DNA of 64,000 bases from Polyangia bacterium (GCA_035607415.1 DATNAQ010000031.1:85357-149356); one strand, 5' to 3'; positions 31,928-45,465 are shown, numbered from the stretch's first letter. Notes: generated by a model not told the origin, from the sequence alone. Numbers and translations: made by a program.

Positions 31928-33525
31928 GGTGGGCGGCGACGGCGCTGCTGGCGCTCGTCGGGTTCGCGGCGGCGCTGCTGCTCGCGGGATGCGCGCTCGC
32001 GGGATGCGCGCTCGCAGGCTGCGCGGCGCCGGAGCTGGCGCCGATTCGCGATGCGCGGCCGACGCAGCTGCAGGCCGGCGAGCGCATGCTGGTCGAGGCG
32101 TCGGGGCCGCTGTTCACCGTCGGCGCGGAGACGCGCGTGACGTTCGATGCGCTCGGGGTGACGCTGCCGGCGCGCGCGATCGCGACCGATCGCGTGGTGG
32201 CGACGGCGCCGAGCGGGGCGCACGTGATGGGCCCGTCGACGGTCACGGTGACGCAGGGCGAGCAGCGCTGGACCTCGGACGCGCGCGCGCCGTTCGACGT
32301 CGAGCTGTGCGCGCCGTCGCTGCATCGGCTGGCGAACGGCTGGGCGGCGCGCTGGCCCGGGCCGGCGTGGCTGTGGTGGATGCTCGCGCTCGTCGCGGCG
32401 GCGGCGATCGTGGCGGCGCCGCTGCCGGTCGTAGCGGGCCTCATCGTCGTGTGGGAGCGGAAGATCTCGGGGTACATGGGGTCGCGCATCGGGCCCAATC
32501 GCGTTGGGCCGAACGGCTGGCTGCAGTGGCTCGCCGACGGGCTGAAGCTGCTCATGAAGGAGGACATCGTGCCGGCGGAGGCGGACGCGCGGCTGTTTCG
32601 CGCGGCGCCGTACCTGGCGTTCCTCGGGATGTTCCTGACCTTCATCGTGCTGCCGTTCTCGCGCTACGCGATCGTCGCGGATCTCGACGTGGGGCTCCTG
32701 TTCCTCTTGTCGGTGACGTCGCTCGTCGTGGTGTCGATCTTGATGGGCGGCTGGTCGTCGAACTCGAAGTGGTCGCTGCTCGGCGGGATGCGATCGGCGG
32801 CGCAGATCGTGAGCTACGAGCTGCCGGCGTCGCTGGCGCTGCTCACGATCGCGACGCTCACCGGCTCGTTGTCGACGGAGCGGATCGTGGCGGCGCAGGG
32901 CGCGTGGCCGTGGCAGTGGAACCTCTTTCGCGATCCGTTCACGTTCGTGGCGTTCTTCATCTGGTTCGTGTCGGCGCTGGCCGAGGGGAACCGCACGCCG
33001 TTCGATCTGCCCGAGGCGGAGTCGGAGCTGGTGGCGGGCTACAACACCGAGTACTCGGGGTTCCGCTTCTCGCTGTTTCCGCTCGTGGAGTGGGTGAACA
33101 TCGCGGTGATCGGCGCCGTGGGGACGCTCTTGTTTCTCGGCGGGTGGCGCGTGCCGTTCGTCGACGCGGCGACGCTGGAGGGGCACGCGTGGCTCGACGC
33201 CGTCGGCTTCGCCGTGTTCGTGGCCAAGGATCTGGCGATCGTGTTCGTCGTCATCTGGATCCGCTGGACGCTGCCGCGCTTTCGCGTCGACCAGATGATG
33301 AACCTGTGTTGGACCTACTTCATCCCGTTCGCGTTCGTCTGCTTCGTCGGCGAGCTCGTGTGGGTGTGGCTGGTGCCGTCGACGGCGGCGAAGCTCGCGG
33401 GCGGCGCGATGTTCGCGATCGGGGGAGTCGGGCTGTCGGCGTGGTTCGTGTCGCGCGTGCGTGACAACGCGCGGCGCTACCAGGATCTGGTGCTCAACGA
33501 CGCGCTCGGGCGGGGCAACACGTGA
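31924..33525 (+). CDS. nuoH: NADH-quinone oxidoreductase subunit H with a ~140-aa N-terminal signal/lipobox + beta-sandwich extension
   Basis: The NuoH core runs from about residue 140 ([39 protein letters not shown] ... [16 protein letters not shown]). The N-terminus is [33 protein letters not shown] followed by an Ig/IPT-like segment. The ATG overlaps the nuoD stop (ATGA). Confidence 0.85.
   Translation: MRWAATALLALVGFAAALLLAGCALAGCALAGCAAPELAPIRDARPTQLQAGERMLVEASGPLFTVGAETRVTFDALGVTLPARAIATDRVVATAPSGAHVMGPSTVTVTQGEQRWTSDARAPFDVELCAPSLHRLANGWAARWPGPAWLWWMLALVAAAAIVAAPLPVVAGLIVVWERKISGYMGSRIGPNRVGPNGWLQWLADGLKLLMKEDIVPAEADARLFRAAPYLAFLGMFLTFIVLPFSRYAIVADLDVGLLFLLSVTSLVVVSILMGGWSSNSKWSLLGGMRSAAQIVSYELPASLALLTIATLTGSLSTERIVAAQGAWPWQWNLFRDPFTFVAFFIWFVSALAEGNRTPFDLPEAESELVAGYNTEYSGFRFSLFPLVEWVNIAVIGAVGTLLFLGGWRVPFVDAATLEGHAWLDAVGFAVFVAKDLAIVFVVIWIRWTLPRFRVDQMMNLCWTYFIPFAFVCFVGELVWVWLVPSTAAKLAGGAMFAIGGVGLSAWFVSRVRDNARRYQDLVLNDALGRGNT
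31981..32025 (+). repeat. 3 x 15 bp tandem coding repeat (CTCGCGGGATGCGCG x2, CTCGCAGGCTGCGCG)
   Basis: It encodes LAGCA three times, that is, three consecutive lipobox-like L-A-G-C motifs in the NuoH N-terminal extension. Confidence 0.9.
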
Positions 33526-34457
33526 GCGAGCGGCCGGGATATTTCGGCAAGATCGCCGTCGCCGCGCGCACCGTCGCCGAGGGCATGGCGGTGACGCTGG
33601 CGCAGTATTTCCGGCGGCCGACGACGGTGCAGTATCCCGATCGCACGCGCGTGCCGGTGGTCGATTCGCTGCCCGAGCGCTATCGCGGGTTCCTCGAAGT
33701 GGACATGGACGTCTGCACGGCGTGCAAGGCGTGCGAGCGCGATTGTCCGATCGACGTCATCGCCATCGACGTGGAGAAGCGCGGGGACGGACGCGTCATG
33801 ACCCGCTTCGACATCGACATGGGCAAGTGCATGTACTGCGGCATCTGCGTCGAGTCGTGCCCGGTGCCGGCGCAGGCGCCGGGGGACGCGGAGCCGACGA
33901 AGTGCATCCGCATGACGCGGGAGTTCGAGGGGGCGACGGGCGAGTTCTCGTCGCTGACGTTCCGGTTCGTGGAGGCGGGGGCGCCGGCGCCGGCGTACAA
34001 GCACCAAAAGGGCACGGTGCCGGCGACGCCGGAGCGCGGCCAGATCGCGCGCGCGGTGCGGCAGCGGGCGCGCGCGGCGAATCCGACGGCGGTGCGCTGG
34101 TCGCGGGTGCACCAGGAGGGCGGCGCGCTGGCGGAGCTGCTCGCGCACGACGCGGTGCGCGCGCGGGTGGAGGAGCTGGCGCAAGGCGTGACGACAGAGC
34201 TCGGGGCTGGCGAGCTCGGGGCGGTGATCGCGGGCGAGGCGCTGGCGAAGACCGATTGCGGCGCGTGCGGGTGGCCGACGTGCCGCGCGTATGCGGAGGC
34301 GATCGCCGTCGGAAAGGAGCGCGCGCTGCACAAGTGCGGGCCGGGCGGCGCCAAGGCGACGCGCGACGTGCACCTCATCGTCGAGCTCGCGCGCGGCGCC
34401 ACGCCGGACGAGGCGGCGATGCGGGCGATGGCGGCGACGTTGCGGCGGCATCGATGA
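33522..34457 (+). CDS. nuoI: NADH-quinone oxidoreductase subunit I fused to a C-terminal RnfB/CoFeSP-type [4Fe-4S] domain
   Basis: GTG overlaps the nuoH stop (GTGA). The two ferredoxin motifs are CTACKACERDCP and CMYCGICVESCP. The protein is 311 aa versus about 160-180 for a normal NuoI. The extension ends with CGACGWPTCRAYAEAIAVGKERALHKCGPGG. Confidence 0.85.
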   Translation: MSERPGYFGKIAVAARTVAEGMAVTLAQYFRRPTTVQYPDRTRVPVVDSLPERYRGFLEVDMDVCTACKACERDCPIDVIAIDVEKRGDGRVMTRFDIDMGKCMYCGICVESCPVPAQAPGDAEPTKCIRMTREFEGATGEFSSLTFRFVEAGAPAPAYKHQKGTVPATPERGQIARAVRQRARAANPTAVRWSRVHQEGGALAELLAHDAVRARVEELAQGVTTELGAGELGAVIAGEALAKTDCGACGWPTCRAYAEAIAVGKERALHKCGPGGAKATRDVHLIVELARGATPDEAAMRAMAATLRRHR

Positions 34458-34996
34458 CGCCGTCGCTGTTCTTCTTCTATCTGCTCGCGGCCGTCGTCGT
34501 GATCTCGGCGGCGGGCGTGGCGCTGCTCCGCAACATCTTGTATTCGGCGTTCGCGCTGCTCGGCACGCTCGCGGGCGTGGCCGGGCTCTACCTTTATATG
34601 GGCGCCGATTTCGTGGGCGTCGTGCAGCTCATCATCTACGTGGGCGGCATCCTGGTGCTGCTCTTGTTCGCGGTGCTTCTGACCAATCGCATCGGCGAGG
34701 TGCGCATCTCGAACGCGTCGGCGGGCCTGCTCCTCGGCGCCCCGCCGGCGATCGCGCTGTTCGCGTTGTGCGCGCGCGTGGCAGTGCACACGCCGTGGCC
34801 GACGACGGAGGCGGTCCCGGCGCCGCTCACGGCGCGGCTCGGCGAGGCGTTCCTGCACGAGCTGCTCTTGCCGTTCGAGCTGGCGTCGCTGGTGCTGCTC
34901 ATGGCGCTCGTCGGCGCGATGGTGATCGCGCGGCGCGCGACGCAGGATCCGCGCGAGCCGCACGAGCCGCGCGCGACCCGGAAGGAGGCGCCGTGA
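34454..34996 (+). CDS. nuoJ: NADH-quinone oxidoreductase subunit J
   Basis: ATG at 34454 overlaps the nuoI stop (ATGA). 180 aa, with typical motifs NILYSAFALL, GADFVGVVQLIIYVGGILVLLLF and ELASLVLLMALVGA. Confidence 0.85.
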   Translation: MTPSLFFFYLLAAVVVISAAGVALLRNILYSAFALLGTLAGVAGLYLYMGADFVGVVQLIIYVGGILVLLLFAVLLTNRIGEVRISNASAGLLLGAPPAIALFALCARVAVHTPWPTTEAVPAPLTARLGEAFLHELLLPFELASLVLLMALVGAMVIARRATQDPREPHEPRATRKEAP

Positions 34997-35298
34997 TCGG
35001 CCTCCAACATTTCCTCGTCGTGTCGGCGGCGCTGTTCGCGCTCGGCCTCCTCACCGTGGCCACGCGGCGCAACGCGGTCGCCATCCTCATGGGCGTCGAG
35101 CTCATCCTCAACGCCGCGGCGCTCAACTTCGTGGCGTTCGCGCACTTCGTCGCCGGCGCCGTCGGCGGCGTGGTGTTCGCGCTGTTCATCATCGTGCTCG
35201 CGGCGGCGGAGGCGGCGATCGCGCTCGCCATCGTGCTCGCCATCTTCCGCCACTTCCGAACCATCGACGCGCACGACGTGTCGACGCTCAAGGAGTGA
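34993..35298 (+). CDS. nuoK: NADH-quinone oxidoreductase subunit K
   Basis: GTG at 34993 overlaps the nuoJ stop (GTGA). 101 aa, three TM segments, with RRNAVAILMGVELILNAAALNFVAF and AAEAAIALAIVLAIFR. Confidence 0.9.
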   Translation: MIGLQHFLVVSAALFALGLLTVATRRNAVAILMGVELILNAAALNFVAFAHFVAGAVGGVVFALFIIVLAAAEAAIALAIVLAIFRHFRTIDAHDVSTLKE

Positions 35299-35299
35299 C

Positions 35300-37495
<2,196 letters not shown>

Positions 37496-37511
37496 CGAAG
37501 GAGAACCGACG

Positions 37512-39343
<1,832 letters not shown>

Positions 39344-39344
<1 letters not shown>

Positions 39345-40807
39345 TGCTCGACAACGCCCACAGCCTGGCCGCGTTCGCACCCGAGCTCGTGCTCGCGGCG
39401 ACGGTGCTCGTCGTGCTCGCGGCCGATCTGGCGGTCGGGCGGCTGCGCATCGGCGCGGTAGCGGTGCTGTCGCTCGTCGGCGTAGCGGCGGCGGCGTGGG
39501 CCACGCTCGCCACGGCGGGGGCGCCGCGCGGGCTCTTCTTCGGGCTGGTCGCGCGCGATCCGTACGGCGACTTCTTCAAGCTGCTGTTCCTGATGACGGC
39601 GGCGCTGGTGGCGCTCGTGGCCCTGCGCGCGGGCGACGCCGTCGAGGAGAGCGCGGCGGAGCTCTATGCGCTCCTGCTGACGACGACGCTCGGCATGATG
39701 CTGATGGCGGCGGCGCGCGATCTTCTCATGGCGTACCTGTCGCTCGAGACGGTATCGATCATGAGCTACGTGCTCGCCGGCTTCCGGCGGCGGGCGCGCG
39801 CGTCGGCCGAGGCGGCGCTGAAGTACGTCGTCTACGGTGGCGTGGCGTCGGGCGTGATGCTCTACGGCATGTCGCTCTTCTATGGCCTGGCGGGCGCGAC
39901 CAGCTTTCCGGCGATCTTGCAGGCGGCGGGCTCGACGACGGCGGCGCCGACGGTGGTGCTGGCGGTCGTGCTGTGCCTCGCCGGGTTCGGCTACAAGGTG
40001 GCGTCGGTGCCGTTCCACATGTGGTGCCCCGACGTGTACGAGGGCGCGCCGACGGTGGTGAGCGCGTTTCTCGCGGTCGGGCCCAAGGCCGCCGGCTTCG
40101 CGCTGCTGCTCCGCTTCTGCGCGGGCGTGCTGCCGGCGGAGCTTGGCGGCGCGCCGGCGCCGTGGCCCCTCCTCTTCGGGCTCGTCGCGGTGGCGACGAT
40201 GACGCTCGGCAACCTGGCGGCGCTGGCGCAGACGAACGTCAAGCGCCTGCTCGCCTACTCGTCGATCGCGCATGCCGGCTATTTGCTCCTGGCGATCGTC
40301 GCCGGTGGGCGCGACGGCGTGCGCGCGCTCTTGCTCTATCTCGTGGCCTACGTGTTCATGACGCTCGGCGCGTTCGTCGTCGTGATCGCGGTGGCCGAGC
40401 GCGGCGTCGGCGACGAGCTGCCGGCGTGGCGCGGGCTCGGGCGGCGCGCGCCGTGGGCGGCGGCGTCGATGACGCTGTTCCTGCTCGCGCTCACCGGGCT
40501 GCCGCCGCTGTCGGGCTTCTTCGCCAAGTTCTACGTGTTCTACGCGCTGGTGGCGCGCGGCGGCAGCTTCATGATCGCGCTCGCCGTCGTCGGCGTGCTC
40601 AACTCGACCGTGTCGCTGTACTACTACGCGCGCGTCTTGAAGACGATGTACTTCGAGGCGGCGCCCGAGCAAAGTGGCGACACGGAGCTGCCGCTCTACA
40701 AGCTTCACACGACGCTGCTGGCGCTGTTGGCGGCGCCGACCGTGGCCCTGTGCGCGGTCTGGCAGCCGCTCGCTCGCTTCGTCGACGTCTCGCTCTCGCA
40801 GTGGTAG
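39344..40807 (+). CDS. nuoN: NADH-quinone oxidoreductase subunit N
   Basis: ATG at 39344 overlaps the nuoM stop by 1 nt. Motifs: SLETVSIMSYVLAGF, KVASVPFHMWCPDVYEGAPT, AYSSIAHAGYLL. Confidence 0.9.
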
Positions 40808-40818
40808 ATTCCGGCGCC

Positions 40819-41706
40819 ATGAACGCCACGAAGTTCACCATCGGCCTCGTTCAAATGCGCTGCGGGCTCGATCCGCGCGAGAACCTCGACAAGGCCGCCG
40901 ATCGCGTCGTCGAGGCGGCCAAACAGGGCGCGCAGATCGTGTGCCTGCAGGAGCTGTTTCGGTCGCAGTACTTCTGCCAGAAAGAGGACGCGGCCACGTT
41001 CGATCTGGCCGAGCCGATCCCCGGCCCGTCGACGGAGCGGCTGAGCAAGATCGCCAAGGATCGCGGCGTGGTCGTGATCGCGTCCTTGTTCGAGCGGCGC
41101 GCGGCCGGGCTCTATCACAACACGGCGGCGATCCTCGACGCCGACGGCGCGATCCGCGGGCTCTACCGCAAGATGCACATCCCGGACGATCCGCTCTACT
41201 ACGAGAAGTACTACTTCACGCCGGGCGACCTCGGGTTTCGCGCGCACGACACCAGGTTCGGGCGCATCGGCACGCTCGTGTGCTGGGATCAGTGGTATCC
41301 CGAGGGCGCGCGGCTGACGGCGCTGCGCGGCGCCGACGTGCTCTTCTATCCGACGGCGATCGGCTGGCACCCGAAGGAGAAGGCCGAGTGGGGCGCGGCG
41401 CAGGCGTCGGCGTGGCAGACGATCCAGCGCAGCCACGCGATCGCCAACGGCGTGTACGTGGCGGCGGTGAATCGCGTCGGGCACGAAGGGCCGTCGGACG
41501 GCGGAATCGAGTTCTGGGGCGGCTCGTTCGTGGCCGATCCGTTCGGCATCGTCGTCAAGGAAGGGTCGCGCACTGAAGAGGAGATCCTGGTGGTCGAGTG
41601 CGATCGCGCGCGCGTCGAGGAGATTCGGCGCAACTGGCCGTTTCTGCGCGATCGGCGCATCGATGCGTACGCGCCGATCACCAGTCGCTTCTTGGACAAC
41701 GATTGA
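40819..41706 (+). CDS. aguB: N-carbamoylputrescine amidase (CN hydrolase)
   Basis: 295 aa starting 11 nt after the nuoN stop. The Glu-Lys-Cys contexts are VCLQELF, YRKMHIPDDP and TLVCWDQWYPE. The conserved end NWPFLRDRRIDAY is present. Confidence 0.85.
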   Translation: MNATKFTIGLVQMRCGLDPRENLDKAADRVVEAAKQGAQIVCLQELFRSQYFCQKEDAATFDLAEPIPGPSTERLSKIAKDRGVVVIASLFERRAAGLYHNTAAILDADGAIRGLYRKMHIPDDPLYYEKYYFTPGDLGFRAHDTRFGRIGTLVCWDQWYPEGARLTALRGADVLFYPTAIGWHPKEKAEWGAAQASAWQTIQRSHAIANGVYVAAVNRVGHEGPSDGGIEFWGGSFVADPFGIVVKEGSRTEEEILVVECDRARVEEIRRNWPFLRDRRIDAYAPITSRFLDND

Positions 41707-41785
41707 TGATGAGCGAGCGAAGCGAGCGGTGTAGATCGATGTTTGTCGGCGGTCCGTGGGGCCGCCGGCGTCGGGAGCGAAGCGA

Positions 41786-42808
41786 GTGACGCGCATGCCG
41801 GCGGAGTGGGCGCGCCACGCGGCGACGTGGATCGCGTGGCCGCACAACGAGAGCGACTGGCCGGGCAAGTTTGCGCCGATCCGCTGGGTGTACGGCGAGT
41901 TCGTGCGGCTGCTGGCGCCGCACGAGCGCGTGCGCATCCTGGTGTCCAACGACGCCGTCGAGAACGAGGCGCGCGCGACGCTCGAGCTCGTCGGCGCGGC
42001 GGCGAATTGGGACTTCGTGCGCGTACCGACCAATCGCTCGTGGACGCGCGACACCGGGCCGCTGTTCGTGATGCGCGACGGCAAGAAGCGCGCGACGCAC
42101 TGGCGGTTCAACGCGTGGGCCAAGTACGACGACTGGCAGCTCGACGTCGGCGTGGCGCCGGCGATCGCGCAGGCGGCGGGCGTGGAGGTGGCGCGGGTCG
42201 AGGCGCACGGCACGCACGTCGTGCTCGAGGGCGGCGCCGTCGACGTCGACGGCGAAGGCACGCTGCTCGCGACCGAGGAGTGCCTGCAGGACAAAGTGCA
42301 GGAGCGCAATCCGGAGCTTTCGACGGCGCAGCTCGAGGGCGTCTTGAAGGAGCAGCTCGGCGCCGAGCGCGTCGTGTGGCTCGGCCGCGGCATCGCCGGC
42401 GACGATACGCACGGGCACATCGACGATCTGGCGCGCTTCGTCGCGCCGGGCGTGGTCGTCTTGTGCAGCGAGCCGAACGCGGCCGACGAGAACCATCGCG
42501 CGCTCGCCGAGAACCGCGAGCGGCTGCAAGGCGCGCGCGACGCCAAGGGGCGCAAGCTCGAGGTCGTGGCGCTGCCGATGCCGCGCGCGCTCGGGTTCGA
42601 GGGGCGGCGGCTGCCGGCGAGCTACGCCAACTTCTACATCGCCAACGAGGTGGTGCTGGTGCCGACGTTCAACGATCCGGCCGATCGCGTGGCGCTCGGG
42701 ATCCTCGGCGAGCTGTTCCGCGGGCGCGAGGTGGTCGGCGTGCACTGCGTGGATCTGGTGTGGGGCCTCGGCACGCTGCACTGCATGACGCAGCAAGAGC
42801 CGGCGTGA
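41786..42808 (+). CDS. aguA: Agmatine deiminase
   Basis: MPAEWARHAATWIAWPH, FNAWAKYD, GGAVDVDGEGTLL, DTHGHIDD and the C-terminal catalytic Cys context GTLHCMTQQ. The start is GTG 41786 or ATG 41795. Confidence 0.85.
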   Translation: MTRMPAEWARHAATWIAWPHNESDWPGKFAPIRWVYGEFVRLLAPHERVRILVSNDAVENEARATLELVGAAANWDFVRVPTNRSWTRDTGPLFVMRDGKKRATHWRFNAWAKYDDWQLDVGVAPAIAQAAGVEVARVEAHGTHVVLEGGAVDVDGEGTLLATEECLQDKVQERNPELSTAQLEGVLKEQLGAERVVWLGRGIAGDDTHGHIDDLARFVAPGVVVLCSEPNAADENHRALAENRERLQGARDAKGRKLEVVALPMPRALGFEGRRLPASYANFYIANEVVLVPTFNDPADRVALGILGELFRGREVVGVHCVDLVWGLGTLHCMTQQEPA

Positions 42809-43446
42809 GCGCGGCCAAGCGGCCGGCGCGATCGGAGCGGCTGGCGCTGATCGAGGAGCACGTGCGCGCGCTGTCGAAGTGCGCGCGCTGTCCGATGATG
42901 GGCAAGCCGGTCGTCGTCGGGCGGCCGGTGGTGTCGCCCATCGTCTTCGTCGGGCAGGCGCCCGGCGACAAGGAGCCGGTGCTGGGCAAGCCGTTCGCGT
43001 GGACGGCGGGGCGCAACCTGTTCAAGTGGTTCGGCTCGCTCGGCGTCGACGAGGAGACCTTCCGCGACAACGTGTACATGGCGGCGGTGTGCCGCTGCTT
43101 TCCCGGCAAGAATCCGAAGGGCGGCGATCGCGTGCCGTCGGAGGAGGAGATCGCGAACTGCGCGCCGTGGCTGGAGCGCGAGCTCGAGATCTGCCGGCCC
43201 GAGCTCATCATCCCCGTCGGCAAGCTGGCGATCGCGCGCTTCCTGGCGGAGGCGCCGCTGGTGGAGACGATCGGCAAGAAGCACGCGTGGACGCACGCGG
43301 GGCGGGCGATCGACGTGATCCCGCTGCCGCATCCGTCGGGCGCGTCGACCTGGTATCACGTGGAGCCGGGCAAGACGCTGACCAAGAAGGCGCTCGCGCT
43401 CATCGGCAAGCATCCGGCGTGGGCCAAGATCAAGGGAGCAGCATGA
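42805..43446 (+). CDS. Uracil-DNA glycosylase superfamily protein (family 4/5-like, Fe-S type)
   Basis: GTG overlaps the aguA stop (GTGA). Motif A-like GQAPG, motif B HPSG, and Cys residues (CARCP, VCRCF, NCAPW) positioned as in [4Fe-4S] UDGs. Confidence 0.75.
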   Translation: MSAAKRPARSERLALIEEHVRALSKCARCPMMGKPVVVGRPVVSPIVFVGQAPGDKEPVLGKPFAWTAGRNLFKWFGSLGVDEETFRDNVYMAAVCRCFPGKNPKGGDRVPSEEEIANCAPWLERELEICRPELIIPVGKLAIARFLAEAPLVETIGKKHAWTHAGRAIDVIPLPHPSGASTWYHVEPGKTLTKKALALIGKHPAWAKIKGAA

Positions 43447-44441
43447 TGCCGAGCACCGAGTGGAAGGAAATCGTCGCGGCCGACGAGAAGGAGCGGTTCG
43501 CCGGCTACGCGGCCGAGGTGGCCGCGATCCAGAAGGCGCGCGCGGCCAAGGACGGCGGCGTCACGCGCGGGTTTCATCCGAAGATGCTGGCCGGCGTGCG
43601 CGCCGAGCTCGAGGTGCTCGACGGGCTGCCGGAGCATGCTCGCCACGGGCTGTTCGCGAAGCCGAAGAAGTACGACGCGTGGGTGCGCTTCTCGAACGGA
43701 TCGATCCGCGTGCAGGACGATCGCAAAGGCGACGTGCGCGGCATGGCGGTCAAGGTGCTCGGCGTGCCGGGCAAGAAGGTGATCGCGGCGCTGGCGGATG
43801 CGCAGACGCAGGATCTGTCGATGATCCACGTGCCGAAGCTGGAGTTTCGCAACGCGGCCGAGTTCATGTGGTTCGTCGGGGTGGCGCAGAAGCCGCTGAC
43901 GCTGTTGCCGCGGCTCGTCGGGCGCTTCGGGTTGCCGCGGACGCTGCGCCTGTTGCGGTCGCTGTCCAAGGGGACGTTGAAGTCGATTCCGACGTTGGCG
44001 GGCGAGCAGTTCTGGAGCCCGATGGCGATTCAGCTGGGGCCGTACGCGGTGCGCTACTCGGCGCGGCCGGTGGCGCCGCCGCCGGCGCCGGCGAAGTCGA
44101 AGTCGCCGCACTATCTCGGCGAGGATCTGGCGGCGCGGCTGCGCGAGGGCGCGATCGTGTACGAGATCGAAGTGCGCTTCTTCGAGGACGAGGCGTCGAC
44201 GCCGATCGAGGACACGTCGGTGGAGTGGAAGACGCCGGCGGTGGTGGTGGCGCGGTTGACGCTGGTGCGCCAGGACGTGGCGGGCGCGGAGGGGAAGGCG
44301 CTGGCGGAGAAGATAGAAGCGGCGTCGTTCAACCCGTGGCACGCGCTGGAGGCGCATCGGCCGCTGGGGGACATGATGCGCGCGCGGGATCCGGCGTATC
44401 TGGCGAGCACGACGGCGCGCGGGGCGGCGGGCGAGCCGTAG
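43443..44441 (+). CDS. Small catalase-related haem protein (catalase-core-like)
   Basis: ATG overlaps the UDG stop (ATGA). Distal His context RGFHPK, WVRFSNGS and DVRGMAVK are present, as is a proximal Tyr context (RARDPAYLASTTAR). At 332 aa it is much shorter than canonical catalases. Confidence 0.65.
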   Translation: MMPSTEWKEIVAADEKERFAGYAAEVAAIQKARAAKDGGVTRGFHPKMLAGVRAELEVLDGLPEHARHGLFAKPKKYDAWVRFSNGSIRVQDDRKGDVRGMAVKVLGVPGKKVIAALADAQTQDLSMIHVPKLEFRNAAEFMWFVGVAQKPLTLLPRLVGRFGLPRTLRLLRSLSKGTLKSIPTLAGEQFWSPMAIQLGPYAVRYSARPVAPPPAPAKSKSPHYLGEDLAARLREGAIVYEIEVRFFEDEASTPIEDTSVEWKTPAVVVARLTLVRQDVAGAEGKALAEKIEAASFNPWHALEAHRPLGDMMRARDPAYLASTTARGAAGEP

Positions 44442-44474
44442 CGACGGGGACGTCGGCGCGACGGGGGCGTCGGC
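44441..44474. repeat. 2 x 17 bp imperfect tandem repeat (GCGACGGGG[A/G]CGTCGGC)
   Basis: Copies at 44441..44457 and 44458..44474. The repeat starts on the last base of the catalase-like stop codon and extends into the convergent intergenic region. Each unit contains a GACG/CGTC inverted pair. Confidence 0.8.
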
Positions 44475-44614
44475 GCGTGGTTGGCGGCGCGTCGGTCAGC
44501 GGCGTGAGCCCGGCGCGCGCGGCGTGACATGTTACCGCCGATCGTCACAACGGCCCTGGTACCACCGGCCTCCGTGGGCGAGGCAGGTATCGATGCGCCA
44601 CTCGCGCACGACCG

Positions 44615-45442
44615 TCAATGCGTCCCGGCGACGAGCGGCAGCTCCACCACGAACCGCTCGCCCTGCCCCACCCTCGCCGACGCCGACAAGCGCCCGCCGT
44701 GCGCCCGCGCCACCTGACTCGCGACCTGCAGCGCCAACGTCGTCCCCGGCGTTCCCCCCGGCTCCGCCACGCCATACGCCACCGCCGGCAGCCGCTCCAG
44801 CGCATCGGCGATCTCCCCCGCCCCGCCGCTGTCGATCTCCACGAACGCCGACTCCTCGTCCGACGACACCGTCACGACCATCGAGTCCTGCGCCCCCACG
44901 TCCCGCCGCACCACCCACAAGAGCACCCGCAGCCCCGTCGCCAGCCGCGCGCGATCCGCCCACAGCCGCGTCGGCGACGCCCGCAGAATCACCGACGGCC
45001 CGCGGTCCGAGAACGGCGGCTGCGCCACGATCTCGCGCACCAGCTCCGCCAGATCCAGCTCCGCGCGCTCGCGCTCGTCGATCGGCGCCGGCACGCGTCC
45101 GAGCTCGCTCACCAGCTCGCGCAGCTGATCGATCTCGCGCACCAGCCCGGCCACGCGATCGGGCGTGGCGCTCCACGAATCGAGCCCGGCCATGCGCCCG
45201 CGCAAGGTGACGAGCGGCGCATCGAGCTCCTGCGCGGCCACGGCGAAGAAGCGGTCGCGCCGCTCCACGGCCGTCCGCTCGCTCGCCCGCGCCCGCGCCA
45301 GGCGCGCGCGCATCGCCAGATACACCAACACCAACAGGCCGGCCAACAGCCCGAGCGCGCCCCAACTGCACGCGACGGCTACAGAGCTCACGCCCGTATA
45401 CATCGCAAACCCCGTGCCTCGGGCGGTTGCCGCTTGAGGCAT
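44615..45442 (-). CDS. Histidine-kinase-like membrane protein with degenerate H-box and N-box
   Basis: One N-terminal TM segment. The DHp-like segment RFFAVAAQELDAPL has Gln where the phospho-acceptor His is expected. G-box-like motifs are present (EIDSGGAG, GGTPGTTLALQV...AHGG), but no Asn box is recognisable. An alternative ATG lies at 45403. Confidence 0.7.
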   Translation of the reverse strand: MPQAATARGTGFAMYTGVSSVAVACSWGALGLLAGLLVLVYLAMRARLARARASERTAVERRDRFFAVAAQELDAPLVTLRGRMAGLDSWSATPDRVAGLVREIDQLRELVSELGRVPAPIDERERAELDLAELVREIVAQPPFSDRGPSVILRASPTRLWADRARLATGLRVLLWVVRRDVGAQDSMVVTVSSDEESAFVEIDSGGAGEIADALERLPAVAYGVAEPGGTPGTTLALQVASQVARAHGGRLSASARVGQGERFVVELPLVAGTH

Positions 45443-45465
45443 CGGCGACCGCTCCTACATTCACT

